Shown: positions 42,924-52,422, numbered from the stretch's first letter. The stretch is DNA of 64,000 nt from an uncultured bacterium (GCA_913050245.1 CAJWZJ010000006.1:9212-73211); one strand, 5' to 3'. Numbers and translations: made by a program. The notes: a model not told the origin generated them from the letters alone.

Positions 42924-44402
42924 TTATTTAAATGCTTTAGTTATTGTTATTGATATTATTTTATCACCACCACCTAGTAGATCTTCAAGATCAATTCCTA
43001 AATATTTTTTCTCTGCTCTAGCCCTTAACATTTTTAATTTAATGATTTTTTCTTTATTTGAAGTATTTTCTAGTTTTATATAAACCTCACTTATATCTTC
43101 ATCCAATAAATTCATGAGTCTAAAAAAGCCTATATTTGAAGAAATATCATAATCTAAAATAATTATTGATTCTGTAATTTCTGAAGCTGTCATCTCTTGT
43201 TTTATGACCTTTCTAGTTACATCTTTAATAGTCTTGGGAGATTCTCTATCAGTTTTTACATTATTTAGCTTCTTTGCTTTTAAATTAATCTTAGGTTCTG
43301 CTGATTTAATTGCTATTTGAATATTTGAAAAATCAAAATCCATTATTCCAGCATTAACACTAATTTTGGTTTTCTTAGTAGCTTCAATAGTAGGATTATG
43401 TTTAAATCGCCTTTTATTAACAGTGTTACCTCTTTGATTTAAAAAATATATTTCGAAAATAATATCACTGTAATCGAATAAGCTATCATTAAATAAATCT
43501 AAAATTATTATTCCTTGGGTATTTCTTGCTTTTGATTTCCAATTAAAATCTAAGATTCTTAAATCATCACTAGCAATAGGGATTTCGTCATATTTCGAAT
43601 CGATATCTTGGTAGATATCTTCAATTTTAATATTTTTCATCTTTCCACCAGAACTCATATAAGTTTTTGGCGATATAATATTTGCATCCATTAAAGTAAT
43701 AGATATAGATGTTGCATTTGAAGAATTTGAAACACCTATAGTCAAAGGCGCCAAAGAAATAGTTTCACCTGGAGAAATTGGTTGATTGTTAGAAATTAAT
43801 TCTTCTGATATCAAGTTATTATTTTGATCAAATACTGAAACCAATAATCTGATGTCTCCATAAAAGCTTCTGGAAATATTTTTATACGATAATTTTTGAA
43901 AACTTATTGTCTTAGATGCTGATGAATCAATAATATATTCAACATCTTGAATTATTATATTTTTGGCGGGATCAAATTCGGCTGATGAGGAGAAGTCAAT
44001 TTTAGCATTCTTTATAGCAACTTCTGTTCTTATAGGAGTAAAAGGTAGTAGTATATTTCCAGTAACATTCTCATATTTTTTAGACTCAGATTTTTTTATT
44101 GAATCATTGATTATGATTGGAAATTTATATAATACGTCCCTATCATTATAAATTTGAATTTCTAATTCAATATCCTTAAATGAAATATCAGAGTTATTTT
44201 TGATTTCTATTAATTTAAATATCGGCTGCGTACTTTGCAGGCTGGTTTTCCATTCAAAATCACTGACTTTAAGATTAGATATGTTTTTTCTGTATAAATC
44301 TTCAATTTCATTAGAATATGCATAATTATAAAAACACATAAGAAATAATGTGCACAATAGGCAATTAGATAATTTGGCTGAAATTTGATTGAAAGAGTTC
44401 AT
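42924..44402 (-). CDS. Secreted hypothetical protein with four tandem repeats of about 100-130 aa
   Basis: 492 aa. Sec-type signal (…FLMCFYNYAYS/NE). The repeats start LKVSDFEWK, IIIQDVEYI, LRILDFNWK and IIILDYDIS. Each is followed by a strand-like x-I-x-N-x-S…DI-x-x-x-I pattern. Confidence 0.6.
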   Translation of the reverse strand: MNSFNQISAKLSNCLLCTLFLMCFYNYAYSNEIEDLYRKNISNLKVSDFEWKTSLQSTQPIFKLIEIKNNSDISFKDIELEIQIYNDRDVLYKFPIIINDSIKKSESKKYENVTGNILLPFTPIRTEVAIKNAKIDFSSSAEFDPAKNIIIQDVEYIIDSSASKTISFQKLSYKNISRSFYGDIRLLVSVFDQNNNLISEELISNNQPISPGETISLAPLTIGVSNSSNATSISITLMDANIISPKTYMSSGGKMKNIKIEDIYQDIDSKYDEIPIASDDLRILDFNWKSKARNTQGIIILDLFNDSLFDYSDIIFEIYFLNQRGNTVNKRRFKHNPTIEATKKTKISVNAGIMDFDFSNIQIAIKSAEPKINLKAKKLNNVKTDRESPKTIKDVTRKVIKQEMTASEITESIIILDYDISSNIGFFRLMNLLDEDISEVYIKLENTSNKEKIIKLKMLRARAEKKYLGIDLEDLLGGGDKIISITITKAFK

Positions 44403-44462
44403 ATTGTTTTTTTAAACAATAATATCTGATAAAATAAATGATGTAAGTAGGGGAAGATTATA

Positions 44463-44756
44463 ATGCCAAGATATATATTATTATCCACATTAACAACAGA
44501 GGGAAGAAAAACAGTCAAACAGAATCCAAATCGAATAAAAGAAGTCGATGCTGAGATTGAAAAAATGGGTATTAAAGTTTTGAAACAATATGCAACATTG
44601 GGGCCTTTTGATTTTATTAATATAGTTGAAGCGCCTGATAACGATGCAATCAGCAAGCTATCAATTGAGCTTACATCTAGGGGCACGATTCAAATCAAAA
44701 CCTTGCCCGCAATTGATATTGATTCTTTTGTTGAGTGCTTAAAACAAGATGATTAA
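44463..44756 (+). CDS. GYD domain protein
   Basis: 97 aa. MPRYILLSTLTTEGRKTV…LGPFDFINIVEAPDNDA…TSRGTIQIKTLPA matches the GYD-family pattern by eye (G-x-[YF]-D, then PD-D/N). Confidence 0.75.
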   Translation: MPRYILLSTLTTEGRKTVKQNPNRIKEVDAEIEKMGIKVLKQYATLGPFDFINIVEAPDNDAISKLSIELTSRGTIQIKTLPAIDIDSFVECLKQDD

Positions 44757-44922
44757 AATACTTAAAAGACTTCTTCAAAATGTCAAAGATCAATCTCAGA
44801 ACGTACCTGGATTCAAAGCTAGTAAAATATTAAAGGTCTATATATATATTGGTGTTATTTCAATTTTTTTACCTTTAATTTATTTTTTATTTATTTTCTT
44901 TTATAACAGTTCAATAAAATGA
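44749..44922 (+). CDS. Unannotated 57-aa single-pass membrane microprotein (below the ORF-track length cutoff)
   Basis: Hand translation gives MIKILKRLLQNVKDQSQNVPGFKASKILKVYIYIGVISIFLPLIYFLFIFFYNSSIK*. Its ATG overlaps the GYD gene end by 8 nt. Its TGA overlaps the next ATG (ATGA at 44919..44922). It exactly fills an otherwise unexplained 162-nt gap. Confidence 0.45.
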   Translation: MIKILKRLLQNVKDQSQNVPGFKASKILKVYIYIGVISIFLPLIYFLFIFFYNSSIK

Positions 44923-45518
44923 TTAACTTTAATTTTGATATAAACGATAAAAGAATTTTAATAGTTGGTTCTGGTAGCGTGGCAAAAAGAAGATTAAAAA
45001 AAATTATAGAGCCACCAAATAATCCTTATATCAAGATTATTTCTCTTGAGTTTGATAATAGTTTCAAAATGCTTATGTCAAAAAAGAAAAATATTTATAA
45101 AGTAGAAAGGCCTTATAGAAAAGGTGATTTAAATAAGTTTGATATTGTTTTAGCATGCACAAATGACAAAGAATTAAATGAAAGAATTTCGAAAGAAGCT
45201 ATAGCAAAAAAAATTCTAGTAAATAATGCCTCGTGTAGATCTCAAAGTAATATATATTTTACTTCAAATATTAAAATTAATAATATACTGCGTATTGATT
45301 TAAGCACTAATGGCAAAAGTCCTTTTATATCAAAAACCATGCGTATAATATTCGAAAGAATTTTAAAAAAATCTCTTAGAAGACTTCTAAACTCTATCAC
45401 TGATAAAGGTAAAATAAACCTCAAAAAAGAGAAAAAAATAAAAGTTAAATTAAATAATTCTGATATAATTAAAAAAATATTATTAAAAAGTAATAAACTT
45501 TTTGATGAACTTTTTTAG
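44919..45518 (+). CDS. Precorrin-2 dehydrogenase / sirohydrochlorin ferrochelatase-like protein (SirC / CysG N-terminal family)
   Basis: 199 aa. ILIVGSGSVAKRRLKKII Rossmann motif and LSTNGKSPFISKTMR (the family's ISTxGxSPxLA motif). Confidence 0.7.
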   Translation: MINFNFDINDKRILIVGSGSVAKRRLKKIIEPPNNPYIKIISLEFDNSFKMLMSKKKNIYKVERPYRKGDLNKFDIVLACTNDKELNERISKEAIAKKILVNNASCRSQSNIYFTSNIKINNILRIDLSTNGKSPFISKTMRIIFERILKKSLRRLLNSITDKGKINLKKEKKIKVKLNNSDIIKKILLKSNKLFDELF

Positions 45519-45531
45519 TTCTGGTCACATT

Positions 45532-46104
45532 ATGAGTGTAGTAGAAACGAGTAAATTCTATAAAGGTTTAAAAATAATTTATGAAGATGATTTATGGGAA
45601 ATTATAGAATTTCAACATAGAGTAATGCAACAAAGAGCTCCTGTTGTAAAGACAAAGCTTAAAAATATTTTTACGGGTCTAGTTCAGGAAAAAAGTTTCC
45701 GAAGTGGTGATACTTTCAGTCTGCCTGATTTAACAAAAAAAGATTCCCAAATTTTATTTACGGATGAAGATTCAATTACATTTATGGATCTAGAATCTTT
45801 TGAACAATATCAGCTTAATATTGAAAACTTGGGTGATAAGAAAAATTTTATTAAAGAAGAACAAAATGTTCTACTACTCCATTATAATGGTTCTCCAATA
45901 GATTTGGAATTACCAACACATGTGGAACTTCAAATTTCAGAAACTGAGCCGGGCTTAAAAGGTGACAGCGTAACTGGGGGTAATAAGCCAGCAAAACTTG
46001 AAACTGGTGCAGAAATTTCAGTTCCTTTGTTCATAAATATTGGTGATTTTGTAAAAGTTGATACCAGAGATGGTAAATACTTAGAAAGAACAAAAAAAGC
46101 TTAA
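45532..46104 (+). CDS. efp: Elongation factor P
   Basis: Start set at ATG 45532 (MSVVETSKFYKGLKI). It aligns without gaps to E. coli EF-P between anchors G12-L-K-I and T48-G49. C-terminal EPGLKGDSVTGGNKPAKLETGAEISVPLFINIGDFVKVDTRDGKY. Confidence 0.9.
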   Translation: MSVVETSKFYKGLKIIYEDDLWEIIEFQHRVMQQRAPVVKTKLKNIFTGLVQEKSFRSGDTFSLPDLTKKDSQILFTDEDSITFMDLESFEQYQLNIENLGDKKNFIKEEQNVLLLHYNGSPIDLELPTHVELQISETEPGLKGDSVTGGNKPAKLETGAEISVPLFINIGDFVKVDTRDGKYLERTKKA

Positions 46105-46409
46105 ACGGTACTCATTAATAGCTTAAAAAGAACAATATACTTCTGGTTGCTAATTGGTAGCATTTTTCCACTATTGTTAATCTTCATACCTATGTCTACC
46201 ATTGACTGTATATCCTCGGATTTAAAATCACTAATCTTCTTGGTTTTAAGTGTTTTGGCTCTATTAAAATTTTCTATCCACTTTTTGCTATCTGTGAATC
46301 TATATTCTTTAGTAAGATTAGAGTAATAAAATATGTACGAATCTTGATATATGAATGTATCTATCAAACTATTAGCCTTTTTACTCTCAATTAATCTATA
46401 TATAAGCAC
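46101..46409 (-). CDS. Hypothetical protein (102 aa)
   Basis: GTG start. The open frame fills the whole efp-prs gap. No motif recognised. Confidence 0.4.
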   Translation of the reverse strand: MLIYRLIESKKANSLIDTFIYQDSYIFYYSNLTKEYRFTDSKKWIENFNRAKTLKTKKISDFKSEDIQSMVDIGMKINNSGKMLPISNQKYIVLFKLLMSTV

Positions 46410-46452
46410 GCTATAAATTTACTTTAATAATTTAATATTTTACAATCTTTAT

Positions 46453-47394
46453 GTGAGTAACTTTAAAATATTTTCCGGATCATCCAATTTACCATTAGCT
46501 AAATTAATTTGTAAAAAATTAAAAGTTAATTTAGGAAAGCTTGAAATTAATAGGTTTAGCGATGGAGAGATTTTTGTTGAAGTAAATGAAAGCGTTCGAG
46601 GTTCAGACTGCTTTGTAATCCAGTCAACTAATAACCCGGTAAATGAGAGTTTGCTTGAGCTATTTATAATAGTTGATGCACTCAGACGTGCGGCAGCCAG
46701 AAAAGTTTATGCTGTCATACCATATTTTGGGTATTCTAGGCAAGATAGAAAAGTAAGTGATAGATCACCAATAACTTCTAAGCTGATATGTGATTTGTTA
46801 GTTAAATCAGGTATTGAAGAAGTAATCTTAATGGATATCCACTCCGGACAAATTCAAGGTTTTTTTGATATTCCTGTAGATCATCTTTATGCATCACCTA
46901 TAGCAAGGAAATATTTTACAAAAAAATATAAAAAAGACTTAATAATTGCATCTCCCGATGTTGGTGGAATGGAAAGAGCTAGAACTTTTGCTAAAAAGTT
47001 CGGTGACTTAGATATAGCAATGACTGATAAAAGACGACCAAAACCAAATGTAGCAAAAATAACTAATGTTATCGGAAATGTTGAAAATAAACACGTTCTG
47101 TTAATTGACGATATGATTGATACGGGTGGGACCGCCACTAAATCTGCGGAAGCTCTAATGAAAGCTGGGGCAAAGTCCATTTCTATGTTTTGTAGTCATG
47201 GTGTTTTATCTGGAAACGCCGTAGAAAATATTGTTAACTCATGTATTGATGAACTAGTAATTACTGATACAATAAATAACCAAAGTAAATTAAAGAAAAT
47301 AAAGAAAGTTAGGGTTTTGACAGTTTCTGATTTAATTGCAAAAGCAATTAGGAGAATAATTGATAAAAAATCTATTAGTGATTTATTTTCATAG
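46453..47394 (+). CDS. prs: Ribose-phosphate pyrophosphokinase
   Basis: 313 aa. FSDGE, YFGYSRQDRK and LLIDDMIDTGGT motifs. GTG start. Confidence 0.95.
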   Translation: MSNFKIFSGSSNLPLAKLICKKLKVNLGKLEINRFSDGEIFVEVNESVRGSDCFVIQSTNNPVNESLLELFIIVDALRRAAARKVYAVIPYFGYSRQDRKVSDRSPITSKLICDLLVKSGIEEVILMDIHSGQIQGFFDIPVDHLYASPIARKYFTKKYKKDLIIASPDVGGMERARTFAKKFGDLDIAMTDKRRPKPNVAKITNVIGNVENKHVLLIDDMIDTGGTATKSAEALMKAGAKSISMFCSHGVLSGNAVENIVNSCIDELVITDTINNQSKLKKIKKVRVLTVSDLIAKAIRRIIDKKSISDLFS

Positions 47395-47403
47395 GAGTAA
47401 GAA

Positions 47404-48060
47404 ATGATTACTGTTGAATTAGAAGTTCAAAATCGTGAGTTTCTAGGGAAGCAAGCAAATAAGAAGTATAGGAAAGAAGGACTTGTTCCTGCTGTAATTT
47501 ATGGCAAAAATAAAGATAATCTAAATATATTGGTTGATCCACTCAAATTAAAAAAACTTCTCAAAAATGAAGCTGGTGAAAATACAATTATTGAAATGAA
47601 ATTAGACAATACTGACTTAAAAAGAAATGTTCTATTAAAAGATGCACATTTAGATACTTTAACGAGTGAACCACTGCATCTAGATTTCTATGAAATCACT
47701 GAGGGCGAAGAAGTAAAAGTTTCTGCTCCCCTATCTTTTATTGGAAGACCAGAAGGTGTTAAAAGTGGCGGAGTTATTCAAACACTAAGTAATGAAATTC
47801 AAATCAAATGTCTACCAAATTTAATTCCTAATAATATTGAAATTGATATCACAAGCCTCAACATTGGAGATACTTTAAGGGTCAAAAATATTGAAAATAT
47901 GGATAATATAGAAATCTTGTCTAATCCTGAGAGTACTCTCATCAGTATTTTAGCTCCAAGGCTGGTTGTAGAAAGTACAGCAACCGAAGAGGATGGAAGT
48001 GGTGAAGAAAATTCCGAAGAAGCTCAGGCTACTGAAGAAAAAAAGGATGCAGAATCTTAA
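47404..48060 (+). CDS. rplY: 50S ribosomal protein L25 / general stress protein Ctc (long form with acidic tail)
   Basis: 218 aa. REGLVPAVIYGK motif, a two-domain Ctc form, and a Glu-rich C-terminus. Sits in the conserved prs-rplY-pth order. Confidence 0.9.
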   Translation: MITVELEVQNREFLGKQANKKYRKEGLVPAVIYGKNKDNLNILVDPLKLKKLLKNEAGENTIIEMKLDNTDLKRNVLLKDAHLDTLTSEPLHLDFYEITEGEEVKVSAPLSFIGRPEGVKSGGVIQTLSNEIQIKCLPNLIPNNIEIDITSLNIGDTLRVKNIENMDNIEILSNPESTLISILAPRLVVESTATEEDGSGEENSEEAQATEEKKDAES

Positions 48061-48077
48061 AAGTTTAATGTTTTAAT

Positions 48078-48653
48078 GTGAAAAACTTTCTTTTAGTAGG
48101 ACTTGGAAATCCAGGTAAAAAATATTCTAATAATAGACATAACATTGGCTTTCAACTGATTGATTATTATCTAAATGATCTAAACATATTGGGTTTCAAA
48201 TCTAAATTTGAATCACAGTATTTATCTTTTGAGCATATGAACAATAAGATTCATATTTTAAAACCCGAAACTTATATGAATGAAAGTGGTAAGGCAGTCA
48301 AAGAATGTAGTAATTTTTATAAAATTCCAATATCAAACATAATATCAATTTATGATGAAATGGATTTACAAGTAGGGGAAATGAAAATAAAGCATGGTGG
48401 GGGCTCTGCTGGTCACAATGGAATTAAATCATTAATAAATAATTTATCTTCAGAGGATTTCATCAGAGTTAGAATTGGTATTGGAAAGCCTATAAATAAA
48501 AATTTAGTAAATAAACATGTTTTGTCCGACTTTACACCCGATGAGCTTAAATCATTAGATGCAATCAAGAATAATATTTCGTCGGTTATAGAAGATTTAA
48601 TAATTAATGGTTTATCATTTGCAATGAATAAATTTAACAGTAAAATTCAATAA
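48078..48653 (+). CDS. pth: Peptidyl-tRNA hydrolase
   Basis: 191 aa. LLVGLGNPGKKYSNNRHNIGF and GGSAGHNGIKS motifs. GTG start. Confidence 0.9.
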   Translation: MKNFLLVGLGNPGKKYSNNRHNIGFQLIDYYLNDLNILGFKSKFESQYLSFEHMNNKIHILKPETYMNESGKAVKECSNFYKIPISNIISIYDEMDLQVGEMKIKHGGGSAGHNGIKSLINNLSSEDFIRVRIGIGKPINKNLVNKHVLSDFTPDELKSLDAIKNNISSVIEDLIINGLSFAMNKFNSKIQ

Positions 48654-48684
48654 ATATTATCTCTAAAAATTCAAGGAGGAAATC

Positions 48685-50730
48685 ATGGAATTATCAAGTA
48701 AGTTTGTTACTTATGGTGGACTTATACTAGCAGTGCTAGGGTTAATTTATGCACAAGTAACATACTGGAATATAAGATCATTACCGAGAGGTAATGATAC
48801 TCAAAGAAAACTAGGTGTCACAATTTATAACGGCGCTATGTCTTTCATAAAACAAGAATATCGATATATTGTTATATTTGTCGTAATAGTAGGAGCATTG
48901 CTCTTTTACTTCTTAGGTATGCAAACAGCAATATGTTACTTTGCTGGTGCAGCCTTATCTATGACTTGTGGATGGGCAGGAATGACATCTGCATGTATAG
49001 CCAATTCAAGGACAGCAGAAGCTGCGAACACTTCGGGTCAAGGCTCAGCTCTTTCAACCGCATTCAAAGGTGGAAGTGTTATGGGTTTTTCAGTAGCGAG
49101 TTTAGGAATATTAGGGGTTAGTGGAGCTTTTGCTATATATTTTGCATTAAACGCTGTTAGCGATATTAGCTTAGCGAGCTTTGCTACCGACATCGGTGGT
49201 TTTGCAATGGGTGCTAGCTCTGTTGCTCTTTTTGCTAGAGTTGGTGGTGGAATTTATACTAAAGCTGCTGACGTTGGAGCTGATCTAGTTGGTAAAGTTG
49301 AGGCTGGGATACCTGAGGATGATCCAAGAAATCCTGCGACTATTGCTGATAATGTTGGAGACAATGTTGGAGACGTTGCGGGAATGGGAGCAGATTTGTT
49401 CGAATCCTACGTTGGAAGCGTTATTGCAACAATTGTAATTGCATCTGGTATGGGAATGGCTACAAACCAAACTCTTGCTATGTATGCATTTCCTATTATT
49501 TTAATAATTGTTGGAACAATAGCTTCATTTATAGGAACTAAAGTAGTAGATATTTTAAAAGACTCTGAACCTTCTGGCGTTCTAAGAAAAGCCTCCCTAA
49601 CTGCAGGAATACTTTTCCTTGCTTTTGGATATTTTTCAATAAACGCAGTTGGTGAAAGTGTTGGTATTTCATCTTCTATGCTATTTAATATTTTTGTATG
49701 TTCAATTATCGGTCTTTTCTCTGGCTCAATAATTGGTGGAATAACTGAATATTATACATCTGGAAAACCAGTTTCCGATATTGCGGATGCTTCCGAGAAA
49801 GGCGGAGTCGCAACAAATATAATTAGTGGCTTATCCGTAGGAATGTTAAGTACAGCTCTTCCAATTCTTGTAATTGTTATAGCAATTTTTGCATCATTTA
49901 ATTTTGCAGGTTTATATGGAATAGGTATCGCGGCTGTAAGTATGCTTGCCACAATTGGTATCACAATGTCTGTTGATGCATATGGTCCAATAGCTGATAA
50001 TGCCGGTGGAATTGCTGAAATGGCTGGATTAGATCCTAAGGTTAGAGTAATTACTGACAAACTTGACAGTTTAGGCAATACTACTGCTGCAATTGGTAAA
50101 GGTTTTGCTATTGGTTCAGCAGCCTTAACATCTTTGACACTTTTTGTTGCTTTTGCTGCGGCAGCCCAAATTAGTTCGGTTAATTTGCTGGATTATAAAG
50201 TTGTCTGCGGGCTACTGCTCGGGGGAATGGTTCCATATTTATTTGGTGCATTAACTATGGGTGCTGTCGGTAGATCAGCTGAAAAGATGGTTCAAGAGGT
50301 AAGAAGGCAATTTAAGGAAATAGCTGGAATCATGGAAGGAAAAGCTGAGCCAGATTATGCATCCTGTATTAAAATTAGTACTGATGCATCTTTAAAAGAA
50401 ATGGTCTTGCCTGGTATTCTTGCAGTTGTTTGTCCTATAGTTGTTGGATTTGCTTTAGGTTCAGCTGGATTAGCTGCATTTTTAGCTGGAGCATTAATTT
50501 CAGGAATAACCCTTGCTCTAATGATGGCAAACTCAGGTGGTGCTTGGGATAATGCTAAAAAGTTTATTGAGGAAGGAAATAAAGGTGGTAAAGGATCAGA
50601 GGCACACAAAGCCGCTGTTGTTGGTGATACTATAGGTGATCCATTTAAGGATACATCTGGTCCTGCAATGAACATATTGATCAAACTTATGACAATCGTT
50701 TCATTAGTAGTAGCACCTATCTTTCTATAA
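48685..50730 (+). CDS. hppA: Membrane-bound ion-translocating pyrophosphatase (K+-dependent-type signature)
   Basis: 681 aa. [58 protein letters not shown] and [13 protein letters not shown]. Strong AAGGAGG SD. Confidence 0.95.
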   Translation: MELSSKFVTYGGLILAVLGLIYAQVTYWNIRSLPRGNDTQRKLGVTIYNGAMSFIKQEYRYIVIFVVIVGALLFYFLGMQTAICYFAGAALSMTCGWAGMTSACIANSRTAEAANTSGQGSALSTAFKGGSVMGFSVASLGILGVSGAFAIYFALNAVSDISLASFATDIGGFAMGASSVALFARVGGGIYTKAADVGADLVGKVEAGIPEDDPRNPATIADNVGDNVGDVAGMGADLFESYVGSVIATIVIASGMGMATNQTLAMYAFPIILIIVGTIASFIGTKVVDILKDSEPSGVLRKASLTAGILFLAFGYFSINAVGESVGISSSMLFNIFVCSIIGLFSGSIIGGITEYYTSGKPVSDIADASEKGGVATNIISGLSVGMLSTALPILVIVIAIFASFNFAGLYGIGIAAVSMLATIGITMSVDAYGPIADNAGGIAEMAGLDPKVRVITDKLDSLGNTTAAIGKGFAIGSAALTSLTLFVAFAAAAQISSVNLLDYKVVCGLLLGGMVPYLFGALTMGAVGRSAEKMVQEVRRQFKEIAGIMEGKAEPDYASCIKISTDASLKEMVLPGILAVVCPIVVGFALGSAGLAAFLAGALISGITLALMMANSGGAWDNAKKFIEEGNKGGKGSEAHKAAVVGDTIGDPFKDTSGPAMNILIKLMTIVSLVVAPIFL

Positions 50731-51819
50731 ATGAGTTCTCTTAGCTGCGGCATTGTTGGTCTGCCAAATGTTGGAAAATCAACAATATTTTCAGCACTTA
50801 CAAATGCCGCAGTAGAATCAGGGAATTTTCCTTTTACAACTATTGAGCCCAATATAGCAATTGTTGATGTTCCCGATTTACGGTTAGAAAATCTTGTTAA
50901 AAATCTGAATCCAGAAAAGACTGTTTATACTTCATTGAAATTTGTGGATATTGCAGGGCTAGTTAAAGGTGCAAGTGAAGGCGAGGGTTTAGGCAATAAA
51001 TTTTTGGCAAATGTCAGAGATGTCGATGCAATTGCTCATGTTTTAAGATGTTTTGAAGATGATATAACTCATGTTTTTAATACTGTTGATCCAAAGCGAG
51101 ATTTAGAAGTAATAAATCTTGAATTATGTTTAAGTGATATACAAATTTTAGAAAAAAGAATTATAAAACTTGAAAAAATTAAAAAAAGTGGTGATAAGGA
51201 AGCCATACTTGAATATGATATCGTAAAAAATCTTTTAGATTGTCTTAATAAAGGTGAAAAAATAAATATAGAAAGTTATGAAATCACCGAACAACAAATT
51301 ATTAAAAAACTAAACTTAATTTCTTCAAAACCTACAATATATGTATTAAATTATGGGAATAATCAAATTGAATATAGCAAAATAGAAGAGCTAAAAAAAT
51401 ATATTTCAGACAAAGGTGAAACATTTGTCGAAATATATGGCTTATTAGAAAGTGAGATTAAAGATCTTAGCTCTAATGATAAAGAAGAATTCTTTAATGA
51501 ATATAATATTCAAGAAGCTGGTCTCAATTCGTTAATAAAGAAAGCTTACGAATATCTTAATCTTATAACTTTTTACACTGCGGGTCCTAAAGAATGTAGA
51601 GCATGGAGCATATTACGAGATTCCAGAGCTCCAAATGCAGCTGGAAAAATACATTCTGATTTTGAAAAAGGGTTTATAAGAGCAGAGGTAGTCAAATACT
51701 CGGATTTTATAAATGTAGGGAATGAAGATGAAGCTAAGAAGCAGGGTCTAATAAAATCAGAGGGGAAAGATTATATAGTTCAAGATGGAGATATAATTCA
51801 CTTTAGGTATAATGTTTGA
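50731..51819 (+). CDS. ychF: Redox-regulated ATPase YchF
   Basis: 362 aa. [18 protein letters not shown], a TGS-like C-terminus, and HFRYNV at the end. The ATG immediately follows the hppA TAA. Confidence 0.95.
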   Translation: MSSLSCGIVGLPNVGKSTIFSALTNAAVESGNFPFTTIEPNIAIVDVPDLRLENLVKNLNPEKTVYTSLKFVDIAGLVKGASEGEGLGNKFLANVRDVDAIAHVLRCFEDDITHVFNTVDPKRDLEVINLELCLSDIQILEKRIIKLEKIKKSGDKEAILEYDIVKNLLDCLNKGEKINIESYEITEQQIIKKLNLISSKPTIYVLNYGNNQIEYSKIEELKKYISDKGETFVEIYGLLESEIKDLSSNDKEEFFNEYNIQEAGLNSLIKKAYEYLNLITFYTAGPKECRAWSILRDSRAPNAAGKIHSDFEKGFIRAEVVKYSDFINVGNEDEAKKQGLIKSEGKDYIVQDGDIIHFRYNV

Positions 51820-51820
51820 A

Positions 51821-51864
51821 ACCTGTTGCCAACATATTTGGCCAGCAGACCATAACAGGAGGTC
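51821..51864 (+). promoter_or_regulatory. Candidate rpsF 5' leader hairpin occluding the Shine-Dalgarno
   Basis: CCTGTT (51822..27) pairs with AACAGG (51854..59). GCCAA (51828..32) pairs with TTGGC (51838..42), loop CATAT. An 11-nt 3' bulge is CAGCAGACCAT. AGGAGG SD is at 51857..51862. Alternative pairing: GACC (51848..51) with GGTC (51861..64). It sits where S6:S18-binding rpsF leaders are found. Confidence 0.3.
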
Positions 51865-51871
51865 ATAAATT

Positions 51872-52162
51872 ATGACAAATAACTATGAAATTTTATTCAT
51901 AGTCCCAAAAAATATTGATGGTAATCAATATACAGAGTTTTCAAATAAAATAAGCTCCACTATTAAAGATAAATATGGATCAGATTTATTAAAATTTGAA
52001 AAATGGGCTGATAGAAAATTAGCATACACAATCAATAACCATACCGATGGTACATATTATTTGATTGAAACGAAATGTAGCTCAGAATGTATAAATGAAT
52101 TGGAAAATATTTTAAGTTTTGAGAAAACAATAGTTTTAAGATTTTTAATTGATAAGAAGTAA
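51872..52162 (+). CDS. rpsF: 30S ribosomal protein S6
   Basis: 96 aa. YEILFIV…[11 protein letters not shown]…GTYYLI pattern of S6. Confidence 0.9.
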   Translation: MTNNYEILFIVPKNIDGNQYTEFSNKISSTIKDKYGSDLLKFEKWADRKLAYTINNHTDGTYYLIETKCSSECINELENILSFEKTIVLRFLIDKK

Positions 52163-52173
52163 AGGAGAAAATC

Positions 52174-52419
52174 ATGGCAGAAAGAAAAGAATATGATAAA
52201 AGAAAACAAGCAAGAAAAAAACCTTCTAAATTACTTGAAGGTGATGTAGATATTAATTATAAGAATGTAGAATTGCTGCAAAATTTCATAACAGAAAGAA
52301 AAAAAATTGCGCCAAGAAGAATGACGGGTAATACTGCGTCTCAACAAAGAATAATTTCAAGAGAGATAAAAAAAGCTAGACATATGGCATTGCTTCCATA
52401 CACAGTTAATCATAAATAA
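52174..52419 (+). CDS. rpsR: 30S ribosomal protein S18
   Basis: 81 aa. [24 protein letters not shown]…[12 protein letters not shown]. Confidence 0.9.
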   Translation: MAERKEYDKRKQARKKPSKLLEGDVDINYKNVELLQNFITERKKIAPRRMTGNTASQQRIISREIKKARHMALLPYTVNHK

Positions 52420-52422
52420 TTT

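Noticed and set aside
44403-44420. Perfect 7-bp inverted repeat ATTGTTT-tttt-AAACAAT next to the repeat-protein start codon, considered as an operator or hairpin.
   Set aside because: It is made of A/T pairs apart from one G:C pair per arm, and is short. Such palindromes are expected by chance several times in this much AT-rich intergenic DNA.
44380-44470. Major switch in gene orientation at about 44.4 kb (a long minus-strand run meeting a plus-strand run), considered as a replication origin.
   Set aside because: The divergent spacer is only 60 nt. It has no room for DnaA-box clusters or an AT-rich unwinding element beyond background, and no dnaA, dnaN or gidA is nearby.
44399-44686. 95-aa minus-strand ORF overlapping the GYD gene.
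   Set aside because: It is antisense to a gene with a clear family signature and a good RBS. It would also overlap the start of the repeat-protein gene. No motif recognised.
49752-50852. Long antisense ORFs (108 aa and 165 aa) over hppA and the ychF start, plus the locally elevated G+C of hppA, considered as a possible horizontally acquired island or overlapping gene.
   Set aside because: The G+C rise tracks the Gly/Ala/Val-rich composition of a polytopic pump. Such composition removes AT-rich stop codons from the antisense frames. The flanks show no integrase, repeats or tRNA, and hppA is tightly packed with pth and ychF.
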